IMG/VR virus record: IMGVR_UViG_3300008255_000242
Location: 1 to 38,507 of that record
Source: a virus
Lineage: Duplodnaviria; Caudoviricetes
Length of the DNA: 38,507 nt
Reading direction: 5' to 3' (one strand)
Of the stretch, positions 9,556 to 18,747 are shown one piece after another; the first letter of the stretch is position 1; each line of letters opens with the position of its first letter. Both the position numbers and the translations under genes were made by a program. The notes under the pieces were generated by a model. It was not told where the DNA came from. It saw only the letters and a list, made by a program, of their open reading frames with translations, and did no database searches.

Positions 9556-12500
9556 CTACTTCTCTTGCGCAAGTGCCCGCATTGTCGCTTCCGCCATCGC
9601 CGACTGATCAGCCTCTTCCTGCTCGGCTGTGCGCTCCATCATGCGGCCAAGTTCATCGCGGCCCATCTTCTGCAGATCACCCCAATACTCCTGGGTGACG
9701 ATCTGTCGAACGAGGCTGCGGTGCTCAGTGATCACGTCGCGAATCATTGCGGCCTTGGATCCTTCGAGCGGCTGTGGGCCGTCCATCAGTGCGCCATAGC
9801 CAGGCGCTGACACCAGAATGTTCAGCTTGTCCATCACCGAGGGAAGGCCGAGTTCCTTGTCACCGCCCATCAGCTGGGTCATGCGCGAATAGATGTCCGG
9901 ACGATCACGAAGGTTGACCGGAATGCGCTGTCCTGCAACCGGCACCCCGAGCGAGCGATCCATCTGCGACGGCATGAACTTCAATCGGAGAAGCTCGTTG
10001 TCGATCGGCTCCGGGTCAACCTTCTTGGCAATGAACGGCATCAGCGAATCATACACGACGCCATGGCCCGACTGGTAGACCTTTGGCCGGCCGAACATGT
10101 CGTACTCCATGGGCAGTTCAGACGACAATGTCGGGATCCGGTTCTTGATCGCCGTGATCGCCGTATCCGCTTCCCGCCAGAACGGGTCGACCTGGCGGCG
10201 GACCTCGGCGCCGACGGCCGGTGTCGTCACGGCCGCAGACGTCCGGGCAAAGTATGACTTCGCGAAGTTCTCATCTTCGAGCGCGCGGATGAAGTCCCGG
10301 ACGCCGGTCATGTACGATTTCTCGAGCATCATGCGGCCAATGTTGATCGCTGATGCAAACAGCAGGTCACCGAACTGGTCGTCCGGCTCGCTGTCCCAGC
10401 CCTTGTTCGCCCATATCTCATTCAATTCGGCGCCAATCAGCAGCATCGACGACACCGGGTCGAGGCGGTCGACCGTGTATGTGTGCCCATGTGCCCTGAT
10501 CGAGAACGGCTGGAAGCCCAGCCCCTGGTTCTCCTGGAGAAGACGGCGCTTTTCGCGGTCATCGGGGCCTGATCCCATCATGACGCCAGCGGCACCAAGG
10601 CTCATTCCCAGCATCATGACGCTCGTGCCCATGGCAACCTGACCGACAGCTCGGGCGCGACGCGGTCCACCCGCCTGATAATCGGCGCGCCATTCAGGGA
10701 AGAACCCTGCAGTTGGCAGGTGACGGAATGTGTAGCTGAAGATGTTCGACGGTGTGATGACGAACGGCAGCAGCAGGTGACCGATTGGAAGGCCCGTCAC
10801 GTTGTTCAGGGCGCGCCTGAAGCGCAGGACGCCCATGGTCAATGGTCCGGGCCGATTGGTGAACGTGCGCTCCTGTGCGGCCTTCCTGGACGCAAGGACC
10901 ATGTCGTCTGTCGGCTCCTCGATGATCTCCTCGACACGCTGTGCCAGTTCGTCCTTGCTGATCCGGCCGTCACGCAGCTCAGCGTTCGCCTGGCGCCATG
11001 CCAGAGCGCGCATTTCAACGCGGTAGTTCACACCCTTGAACATGTCGTCAGCCACGCCAAGCGCCTCCGACGGTGCAGCAATGCCATACCCGATCAGATT
11101 GATCGTGCGGCCGACAATGCTGTCTTCGGAGGGGTTCTTGAGCAGACCGCCGGTCAGGGAATTCACACGTCCTGCCGACAGCGCACGGGGCGATCCTGCA
11201 TCGACCTGCCGTCCGGAGACGTTCATGTCATCGAAGCGGACGGATGTTCCTTCCTTCAGCGGGTTCAGCTGGCTGTGCTTCGCCATGTATCTGAACTGGT
11301 GGTAGAAGGCGTCGGTCATCTCAGCCGCGCGGATCCCTGCCTCGCTCATCATCTGCTGATCGAAGGTCAGTGCGCCGCCGATAAAGGTCGAGCCCACATC
11401 CATTGCCTGCACCATCATGTTGCCAAGGGCGTTCACGCCGTGCGTCTTCGGATTCGACAGGAACATGGCGCGGATCCATGCGCCGCCGAGATCCGTCCAC
11501 GCCTGCTTGAAGCCAATGTGCAGGAGGTCATCCAGTTCAACCTCCTGATTCTTGCCGAGACGGCCAATGCGCTTGACCAGCTCGTCGACGTTTTCTTCCG
11601 TCGCCCAATTGTCCAGAGCGTCGTTGATCTCGCCGATCCGTCCGGTCTTGGCTTTCGACATGATGCGCAGCGAGCCCAGCAAGCGTGAGGCATCGGCACT
11701 GGCACCTGACACTTCGGCCTGGATCGTGCGGTGCAGGATCAGTGCCCGATGCAAGGCAGCCTTCGCCGCTCGGCTTGGGTTCTGCTCCACCACCGCGGCG
11801 ATCTCGCGGATCTTCGTTGCCGAGGCGTCTCTCAGCTGGCGCAGGGCGAGCATCTCCCTGTCATTGAGGATGTTGCCCTTGCGGCGCTTCATCAGCACGT
11901 TGAAGGCTTCCTCGCCGGCGGCTTCGCGCTCGACCTGATCGAGTGTACGCTTGCGGCCGATCTTCTCGTTGACGGCGTCTCGAGACTTGTTCGCCAGTTC
12001 CTGCACAAGGGCACGGAAGTCTTCCGGACCTTCCACGCGGGCAAGGTTCACGTAGACGTCCGGGTCTGCGTAAGGATCGAACATGTCGCTTTGCGTACCG
12101 TCCGACCGAGAGGCGAGGAGATTCGGGCTGGTCGTCAGGTCTGGGTCGAAAGCCGCGTGGACGGAACGGATGTTCTTGGGGTCGAAGATCATAATCTCGG
12201 CATCGGCCGTGATCTGCGAGCGACCAGACCGTCCTGCAAAGCCAGCAGCCTCCAGCAGGGCGTTCCTGCCCTCTTCTGTTTCTGCGGCGTTCGCGATGAC
12301 CTTCCTGAATGTCTTTGGAAATGCGCCGTCACCCTCAAACACCTGTCGCAACTTTGCCTGATGGCTCGGATCAGCTGCAGCAACGATGGCGGCAAAGTCT
12401 GCATCACTCATAATGCTGGACGATTCATCGGGGAATATCTTTCCCCTGATATGCGTCGGCATGACAGCGCCTTCAGAGCCCGGCTCCGAGAACAGCAGCA

Positions 12501-15500
12501 TTGCATCCTTGTTTGTTGAGACTGCGTATTTTGCAGCAACGTCAGGCTTTGGCGTCAGGTAAATGCCACGACCCCTCGTGCCGCTTTGCGATGCCCTGAA
12601 CCCAGCAATGTCTGCGCCGGTGCCATGATACAGCACAGTATCCGTATCAAACCCCATCGCCTGAGCCCGCTCCATGCGCGCCTCAGTTGACATGTCGAGT
12701 CCCTTACGAACGGCTTCTTGATATTCCGGTGAGCCGGGCGTCTCGAATTGAGCATCACCACGCGCAAGCATGAACCCGCGCTGCCCATCCCGGCGTGGAT
12801 CGAACCGCGCTTCCGTCGACCGGACATCCTTGAAGTCGAACATAGTGACCGTGTCACCGGCCTCGACGCCGGAGAAACCGGCATTCTGTAGAAGCTGCTG
12901 TGTGACGGCCGCAATCTTCTGGTCGGCATTCATCACGTTGCCAACCTGCTTCGCCGCCATCGTGCGCGCTGCTTTCGCGTCCTCGAATGAGGCAAGGCGT
13001 CCGCGGACATAGAGCGGGATCACCGAGGCCTCGCCACCCGTGGCGTATGTCCTTGCCGTTTCCTCGTTGCGGGTCAGGTAGATGCCGGCGCCAAACAGGC
13101 CGTCACGCGACTGGCGCAGCACGTCACCCTGAATCGGGTTGGGCGTGCCGTGGTAGAGCGTCCTGCCCGTATCGAAACCAAGTGATGCAGCGCGAGCCAG
13201 CCGTGAAGCATCATCCATCGCCATGTCAGCGTCGACGCGCTTCTTCATCTGGAAGCGGACCTGTGCGACATGGTTCGTCGTCTTGCCGGTGCGCTCGGCG
13301 ATCACCTTGTTGCTCAAGCCACTGTCGATCAATCCCTCGATGCGCAGCCGGTCATTACCGGCCTGCTTGTATGCGGCAACCGGGATCTGGATGCCGATCC
13401 TGCGAGCGACCGACAGCATGTTGGCTACAGAGTCGACGGTCGAATCCTCGATCTCGGCGATTTCTGCATTGGAGAACCCATTCAGCGCCTTTTCAACAAC
13501 GCGGTTCTGCAGGTCCGTAAGGTCCGGGTGGCTGAATGGTTCGTTGCCGCGCGCAGCTTCATCATCAAATCCGACAGGGCGCTCGAAGCCATTTTCATCA
13601 CGCGAGGCCAGTACATCGAGCGGGATGTCCATCCCCTTCAGCGGCTCAAGCAGTTTCGACAGGTCGTGCGCCGCGTCCGGATCGCCCGTGTTCGCCACCT
13701 GCTCGACCAGGTCCTGATAAAGGAACGGGTCAAATTCAGGGTGGACCGTAAACAGCGCCTCCATGACATTCGGATCTGTCAGGTCTTCAGCATTGGCTGC
13801 AACCGCTTGCTGGAAGTCCTGAGGCTTCTTCAGATCGATCACGCTGCGCACACGCTCAAGCAGGCGAGGCGATGGGCTGTTGCCGAATGTCAGCGTCGTG
13901 CGCGGTGTGGACAACACCAGCGTGGTTCCATCGCCTTCGAGACCACGACGGAAGATCACCGGCAGCTCCAGGGCCCGGTAAGCCTGATGTCGGATAGACA
14001 GCAGTGCCAGCTGGCGGAAGTCCGCTGTCGTCCAGTTGAGGCGGCCAATCACGGCCGGGAACCGGCGTGCGAGCCAGACCTTCATCGTCGCAATTGCACG
14101 GGTGACGATCGGTGACCGCGGGGCGTACTGCACCAGATAAGCGAGCGTCTCTTCCGCGATGTGTTGAGGCTGCAGCGAATTGCGCTGGGCGCGCTCACGG
14201 GCGACAACGGCGCTCGCGTCCTTGGACTGAACCAGGCGCTCGACAGAGTCGAGAATGGCCTGCCTGCCACGGAAGCCCATGATCGCACCAAGGCCGGCAT
14301 GAATGCCCAACTCGTGAAGGATCAATCCCTCCATGATCTCGGGTAGGACATTGTCGTTGATGAGAACGCGGCCGTCATTACTGGTCACCGCCAGAGTATC
14401 GACGGGCAGCTCCGGGCTGATCTCCTGCATATCGCTGACGAACCCGATCCGGCCCGTCTTCGCAAGTTCGGCATACCATTGGCCGAAACTTCTGAGGGCC
14501 GACAGGTGGAGCGTGTTGCGCCGCTGGGTCATACCATCACGCAGCTCTGACAAGTGGTCTCCGCGGGCCAGTTTCGGATCCTTGGCCTCATCGACAAGAC
14601 TCTGGAACGACCGGCCGAGGCCGCCCTCCCCGGCTTCTGGCTGCTGGGCCACAAGCGCCTTGAAGTCTTCCTGAACGGCGGGCTTGGCCATCTGCGAACG
14701 GATCTTCGCCACGCGCTTCATCAGCGTGTTGAACCGCTTGGTGCTACCCTCGCCGTCGAGCGCCGCATCCATGATCTCGCGGACCTGCTTCGGCATATAA
14801 TCGAACTGGTCATCGAGCGCCGTCAGCATGTCTTTGCCGACAACCTCATCATAGTTCGCCTCAGCGAGCGTCAGCATGCTTTCAGCGTCAGCGGCTTCCG
14901 GAACCTCTACAGTCTCACGATCTGCGATGCGGGTGATCTCATCATCCGACAGGAGCGCCGGAGTTTCATCGGCTGGGGCCACTGGCTCTGGCGTCGCGAT
15001 GACGTCGGCCTCGGTCTCGGTCTGGGTCAGCCCCTGGCCACCAAACGACTTGCGTCCGAAATACTTCTTTGTCGTTGCCTCTGTGACCGCAGCGATCTCG
15101 GCGACCTCGGCCTGCTCGACAATCGTCGGGGCTGCCTGCTCTCCAAATATGGCGCGGAATGGCGTTGTCTGTGGACCTGGTACTGCCGGGTCCTGTTCGG
15201 CAGCGGGCTCGACAACTGGCGCCGGCAGGGCCTTGGGCGCCAGGCCAAGCAGCGCATTGTATTCAGCCTCGAACGAACTGGCGGCCGTGCTGTCATCCGG
15301 GGCCATGCCCTGGACGTCAGGGTTGCGATCGATGATCGCATCAATCTCTGTTGTCTCACCAACTTCAGCGGCAGCCGCGTCGATTGCGTCCTGCATGCGC
15401 TGAGCCTGGGCTTCGAACGTGTCGGCCTCAGCCTCAGGTTCAGCCTCCTGCGCTGCTGCGGGCTCCTGTGGCGCGTTTTCGGCTGCAGGGGCCTCCGGTG

Positions 15501-16569
15501 TCGGATCACCAGCTGGCGGCTCTGTGGGGGCGTCCGGCGCCGCATCAGGTGCCTTTGCGGTGTTTGCCTTGATTGCATTGCCGGCCGCATCAGCTGCGGT
15601 GATGGCCGTGTTGGTCAATCCTGAACCGATCAGCGTTGCAATCGCCGTCTGATAAGCGGCCATCGGGCGCTCATTCATGTAGTCGTCGACTGTCTTCTCA
15701 GGATGCAGGGCGCGCCATGACAGGAAGTCCTGCGAGAACGTCGCGACCTGTTCACCCACCTGCTCCTGCGCAAGCGACGTCAGCAGCCGGCGGGTCAGCG
15801 ACTTGCCGGCCGGGGATCCGAGGATCGTCTCCATCGGCAGTTTCTCGGTCGCGTATTCCACAAGCCCGACCGATGCCGAATACACGAGGCGATCCGTCTT
15901 ACTCAGGTTCTTCCCCGAATCCATCGCATCAAGGTTTGCCTGCCCAGCCGCCATGGCCGAGCCGGCACCAAGCGCGACGCCGGGCTGGCGTGTCTTCCAT
16001 GCGACAGCAATATAGGGCGCCAGCTGCGCGAACGATTGTATGCCGGACTGGATTGCGGCCTCAGTCGGATCATCAGAAACCGGGGCGGCGTCAAGCTGCT
16101 CCTGAAACTTATTGGCGCTGGCGTATGCTTCGGCGGCTTCCTTCTCCATACCGACGGATTCGAACAGCATGCCGGATGCTGAATCCATGCCGGCAAGTCC
16201 GCCGACGATGCCGCCGCCTACCGCGTTAGGAACAGTCTCTGTCCAGAGTTTTTCCCATTCGGCGCGCTGGACGTCAGCTTGAGATGCTGCCTCCTCCGGG
16301 GAATACCCATCCGACTGCAGACGACGGATCGCATTCTTGTGCATCTTATTCCGGGCGTACCCCAGGAAGGCGTCAACGGCACCGCCCTTTTTCTCCTCGG
16401 CTGCGGGCGTCTGCGCTTCGGGCGTGGATGCCTCGGGGGCAACCGGCGCTTCCTTCGGCTTCGCGGCCTCGTCTTCAGCTGCGATCTCCGCATCCATTCC
16501 AGAGAGAACGCTCTGAAGACGTTGGCGGCGCTGTGCCTCATAGGCAGCATCTGCAGCGTTAACGGGCAT
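9556..16569 (-). CDS. giant internal virion (ejection) / polyvalent protein with two ART-like domains, a zincin-like motif and HTH motifs
   Basis: ~2337 aa following two other internal virion genes; LYHGT...GIYLT twice, HELGIH, LuxR-like HTHs; ATG 16569 after GAGGAG. Confidence 0.8.
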   Translation of the reverse strand: MPVNAADAAYEAQRRQRLQSVLSGMDAEIAAEDEAAKPKEAPVAPEASTPEAQTPAAEEKKGGAVDAFLGYARNKMHKNAIRRLQSDGYSPEEAASQADVQRAEWEKLWTETVPNAVGGGIVGGLAGMDSASGMLFESVGMEKEAAEAYASANKFQEQLDAAPVSDDPTEAAIQSGIQSFAQLAPYIAVAWKTRQPGVALGAGSAMAAGQANLDAMDSGKNLSKTDRLVYSASVGLVEYATEKLPMETILGSPAGKSLTRRLLTSLAQEQVGEQVATFSQDFLSWRALHPEKTVDDYMNERPMAAYQTAIATLIGSGLTNTAITAADAAGNAIKANTAKAPDAAPDAPTEPPAGDPTPEAPAAENAPQEPAAAQEAEPEAEADTFEAQAQRMQDAIDAAAAEVGETTEIDAIIDRNPDVQGMAPDDSTAASSFEAEYNALLGLAPKALPAPVVEPAAEQDPAVPGPQTTPFRAIFGEQAAPTIVEQAEVAEIAAVTEATTKKYFGRKSFGGQGLTQTETEADVIATPEPVAPADETPALLSDDEITRIADRETVEVPEAADAESMLTLAEANYDEVVGKDMLTALDDQFDYMPKQVREIMDAALDGEGSTKRFNTLMKRVAKIRSQMAKPAVQEDFKALVAQQPEAGEGGLGRSFQSLVDEAKDPKLARGDHLSELRDGMTQRRNTLHLSALRSFGQWYAELAKTGRIGFVSDMQEISPELPVDTLAVTSNDGRVLINDNVLPEIMEGLILHELGIHAGLGAIMGFRGRQAILDSVERLVQSKDASAVVARERAQRNSLQPQHIAEETLAYLVQYAPRSPIVTRAIATMKVWLARRFPAVIGRLNWTTADFRQLALLSIRHQAYRALELPVIFRRGLEGDGTTLVLSTPRTTLTFGNSPSPRLLERVRSVIDLKKPQDFQQAVAANAEDLTDPNVMEALFTVHPEFDPFLYQDLVEQVANTGDPDAAHDLSKLLEPLKGMDIPLDVLASRDENGFERPVGFDDEAARGNEPFSHPDLTDLQNRVVEKALNGFSNAEIAEIEDSTVDSVANMLSVARRIGIQIPVAAYKQAGNDRLRIEGLIDSGLSNKVIAERTGKTTNHVAQVRFQMKKRVDADMAMDDASRLARAASLGFDTGRTLYHGTPNPIQGDVLRQSRDGLFGAGIYLTRNEETARTYATGGEASVIPLYVRGRLASFEDAKAARTMAAKQVGNVMNADQKIAAVTQQLLQNAGFSGVEAGDTVTMFDFKDVRSTEARFDPRRDGQRGFMLARGDAQFETPGSPEYQEAVRKGLDMSTEARMERAQAMGFDTDTVLYHGTGADIAGFRASQSGTRGRGIYLTPKPDVAAKYAVSTNKDAMLLFSEPGSEGAVMPTHIRGKIFPDESSSIMSDADFAAIVAAADPSHQAKLRQVFEGDGAFPKTFRKVIANAAETEEGRNALLEAAGFAGRSGRSQITADAEIMIFDPKNIRSVHAAFDPDLTTSPNLLASRSDGTQSDMFDPYADPDVYVNLARVEGPEDFRALVQELANKSRDAVNEKIGRKRTLDQVEREAAGEEAFNVLMKRRKGNILNDREMLALRQLRDASATKIREIAAVVEQNPSRAAKAALHRALILHRTIQAEVSGASADASRLLGSLRIMSKAKTGRIGEINDALDNWATEENVDELVKRIGRLGKNQEVELDDLLHIGFKQAWTDLGGAWIRAMFLSNPKTHGVNALGNMMVQAMDVGSTFIGGALTFDQQMMSEAGIRAAEMTDAFYHQFRYMAKHSQLNPLKEGTSVRFDDMNVSGRQVDAGSPRALSAGRVNSLTGGLLKNPSEDSIVGRTINLIGYGIAAPSEALGVADDMFKGVNYRVEMRALAWRQANAELRDGRISKDELAQRVEEIIEEPTDDMVLASRKAAQERTFTNRPGPLTMGVLRFRRALNNVTGLPIGHLLLPFVITPSNIFSYTFRHLPTAGFFPEWRADYQAGGPRRARAVGQVAMGTSVMMLGMSLGAAGVMMGSGPDDREKRRLLQENQGLGFQPFSIRAHGHTYTVDRLDPVSSMLLIGAELNEIWANKGWDSEPDDQFGDLLFASAINIGRMMLEKSYMTGVRDFIRALEDENFAKSYFARTSAAVTTPAVGAEVRRQVDPFWREADTAITAIKNRIPTLSSELPMEYDMFGRPKVYQSGHGVVYDSLMPFIAKKVDPEPIDNELLRLKFMPSQMDRSLGVPVAGQRIPVNLRDRPDIYSRMTQLMGGDKELGLPSVMDKLNILVSAPGYGALMDGPQPLEGSKAAMIRDVITEHRSLVRQIVTQEYWGDLQKMGRDELGRMMERTAEQEEADQSAMAEATMRALAQEK

Positions 16570-18310
16570 TATCCAAGCTCCTCTCGATTTCATCCAGAAG
16601 AAGCAGTTCTTCTGCGAGTTTCAGGCGCGCTTCCTCAGTGGAGGGGTCAGCGGCGCCGGTCGCCGTCTCTCTCATGTCAGGCCCAACGACCCGCAGAATT
16701 GCACGGTAATCTTGCTTGATCCGCTCACGGGCGGACGCGATTTCTTCGGGTTTCGGCGGAAAACCAAACGCGCCCGACGGAAGGTAAGATGAACGCTCAG
16801 CCAGGACCGACGACGCACCCATACCGGACAGGATGGCGTCTGTTTGGTCTGACACTTCCCGGGCATTCGGAGTGTGATCGAGCCCGGCAAACCACTGATC
16901 GAGCTGGTCGAGCGCTTGCACCTTTCGGGTGGCCAGCTGCTGCGACGTGCTCATGTCGGCCATCGCGCCCTCTTTGAACGCGGCCTCGATACGATCAACG
17001 CCCGTCTTGCGAACCTTGTTGCCGGTCTTCTCGATCTCGTCGATCAACTGGTCACGCTGGGTGCTCGTGAATTCACGCATCTCGAGCACCTGGTCGACAT
17101 CAAGCTCATTGCGCATCGCCATGATGCGGTACTGAGTGAAGGCCGTGTCGCCGACACCCTTGTTCGACGTCTCGTCATAGACCGAGGAAAGCAATGTCCC
17201 ATAGCGCGGACCCGTCACATAGGGACGCGCCTTGCGTACAGCCGCCAGCTTCTCTTCGGTGGTGGCGGTCGGGCTATTCAGGACGTCAGAGGCGCGCTTG
17301 TCGTACTCATCGCCAAGTTCTTCGAGCTGGGCCTTGCGGGCCTTCTCGGCCGCCTCCTGCTCTGCGAGCACGGCATTGCGGTTTTGCTGAAGAAGGTTGA
17401 CCTCCTGGCGCAGCGCGGCGCGCAGGGACTCCCGCTCCTTGGCCGTTCCCTTCCGGGCCGCCGCCGTGTCGTCAGCGAACTGCAGGGTAGCGGCATAACC
17501 CTTGTCCTTGAAGTGGCTTTCGATCGTCGGCAGTGAACTCGACACGGCCATGCGGACACGGAAAGCGCCATCCTCTTCGTCGGCCTGTTCCTGAGAATAC
17601 CCATAGAGCGGGTTGCCGACCTTGATCGCGCGCTGGTCGGCCAGCTCGCCCATCATCTTGACGACGTCATCATCCAGCAAGGCGGCCGGGCCGCGCTCCC
17701 TCAGGATCGCGTCAATGCCGTCTTCAGCGGACGAGATATTGGCGTCCATGGTTTGCTTGGCTTCAGCCAGGACCGCCGCCTGCCGATCGGCTGCGACCTT
17801 CCCGCGATACTCCTGCTGCGCCGTGTCCAGTTCGTAGAAGACTTCCTCGGCGAAATTCGGGTCTACGCTCTCGCCAAGCCCTTCGCGGAAGGCGATCATC
17901 CCCGCGTCAAACTTTTCCACATCGCCGAAGTTTTCCGGATCGGCGCGCAGTTCTGCGGCCTTGGCCTGGATGTCAGACTTCGAGCGCTGAAGGTACAGCG
18001 TCTCAACCATGTTATTGTACGCCTGATCGCCAAGCGTCTGTAGGCCCAAGCCCCGCTCACGCTTGGCAAATTTGCCCAGGTTGTCAGCACCGATATCTTC
18101 CGCGAACTGATCGCGGTCGTTGAAGTCCTTCAGCGCATCCTTCTTCGCCTGCTTGACCGCGCGGGCGTCGATGACGGATCCGATCTTCTGGGCAGCGCCG
18201 GCCAACTTGTCGAACATGGACGCCGCTTCGGCATCGGCGACACCCGCTCCGCGAATCTGCCCGGGCGCGGTGATCGCCCTTCCCTGGATGTCTGGCAAGC
18301 CGTCTGGCAT
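16559..18310 (-). CDS. internal virion protein
   Basis: Alpha-helical 583 aa ORF at the gp15-equivalent position. Confidence 0.6.
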   Translation of the reverse strand: MPDGLPDIQGRAITAPGQIRGAGVADAEAASMFDKLAGAAQKIGSVIDARAVKQAKKDALKDFNDRDQFAEDIGADNLGKFAKRERGLGLQTLGDQAYNNMVETLYLQRSKSDIQAKAAELRADPENFGDVEKFDAGMIAFREGLGESVDPNFAEEVFYELDTAQQEYRGKVAADRQAAVLAEAKQTMDANISSAEDGIDAILRERGPAALLDDDVVKMMGELADQRAIKVGNPLYGYSQEQADEEDGAFRVRMAVSSSLPTIESHFKDKGYAATLQFADDTAAARKGTAKERESLRAALRQEVNLLQQNRNAVLAEQEAAEKARKAQLEELGDEYDKRASDVLNSPTATTEEKLAAVRKARPYVTGPRYGTLLSSVYDETSNKGVGDTAFTQYRIMAMRNELDVDQVLEMREFTSTQRDQLIDEIEKTGNKVRKTGVDRIEAAFKEGAMADMSTSQQLATRKVQALDQLDQWFAGLDHTPNAREVSDQTDAILSGMGASSVLAERSSYLPSGAFGFPPKPEEIASARERIKQDYRAILRVVGPDMRETATGAADPSTEEARLKLAEELLLLDEIERSLDNAR

Positions 18311-18315
18311 GATTA

Positions 18316-18747
18316 TTACTCCGTTGGCGCGAAGGCGCCGGCAAGCGAAGATGTGGCCCCCAGGAAGCCCCCGAGAACAGCCATTTTCTTGCCCGCGCGG
18401 TATTGAGCTGCCTCGTATTTCGTCGAACTGATATCCTGATGGATACCCAGCTGCTCGGCGTTGCTGACGGATTCATTCTTCTTGATGCGCTGGCGTTCGA
18501 TCACCATGGCTGTCGGGCTGTCGAGCGAGACATTCCGCTGGCTGCGAACACCGTCGATCGTCGCAAGAACATCGTTCAGATCCGTGGCGCGCTCGGCCGC
18601 CATCTGCTTGCCCTGAAGCGCGAGGCCTTTTGCCCGGTAGTCTGCGGCCTTAGCTTGTGCGTCGAGAGAGCGCGACTTGCCGAACCCGCTGGCGAGCGAG
18701 CCTGCGGCAACCGCACCCGAGGCCATCATTGGAACTGCTGCGGCCAT
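18316..18747 (-). CDS. internal virion protein (gp14-like)
   Basis: Small A/G-rich protein with hydrophobic ends, directly after the tail nozzle gene. Confidence 0.6.
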   Translation of the reverse strand: MAAAVPMMASGAVAAGSLASGFGKSRSLDAQAKAADYRAKGLALQGKQMAAERATDLNDVLATIDGVRSQRNVSLDSPTAMVIERQRIKKNESVSNAEQLGIHQDISSTKYEAAQYRAGKKMAVLGGFLGATSSLAGAFAPTE

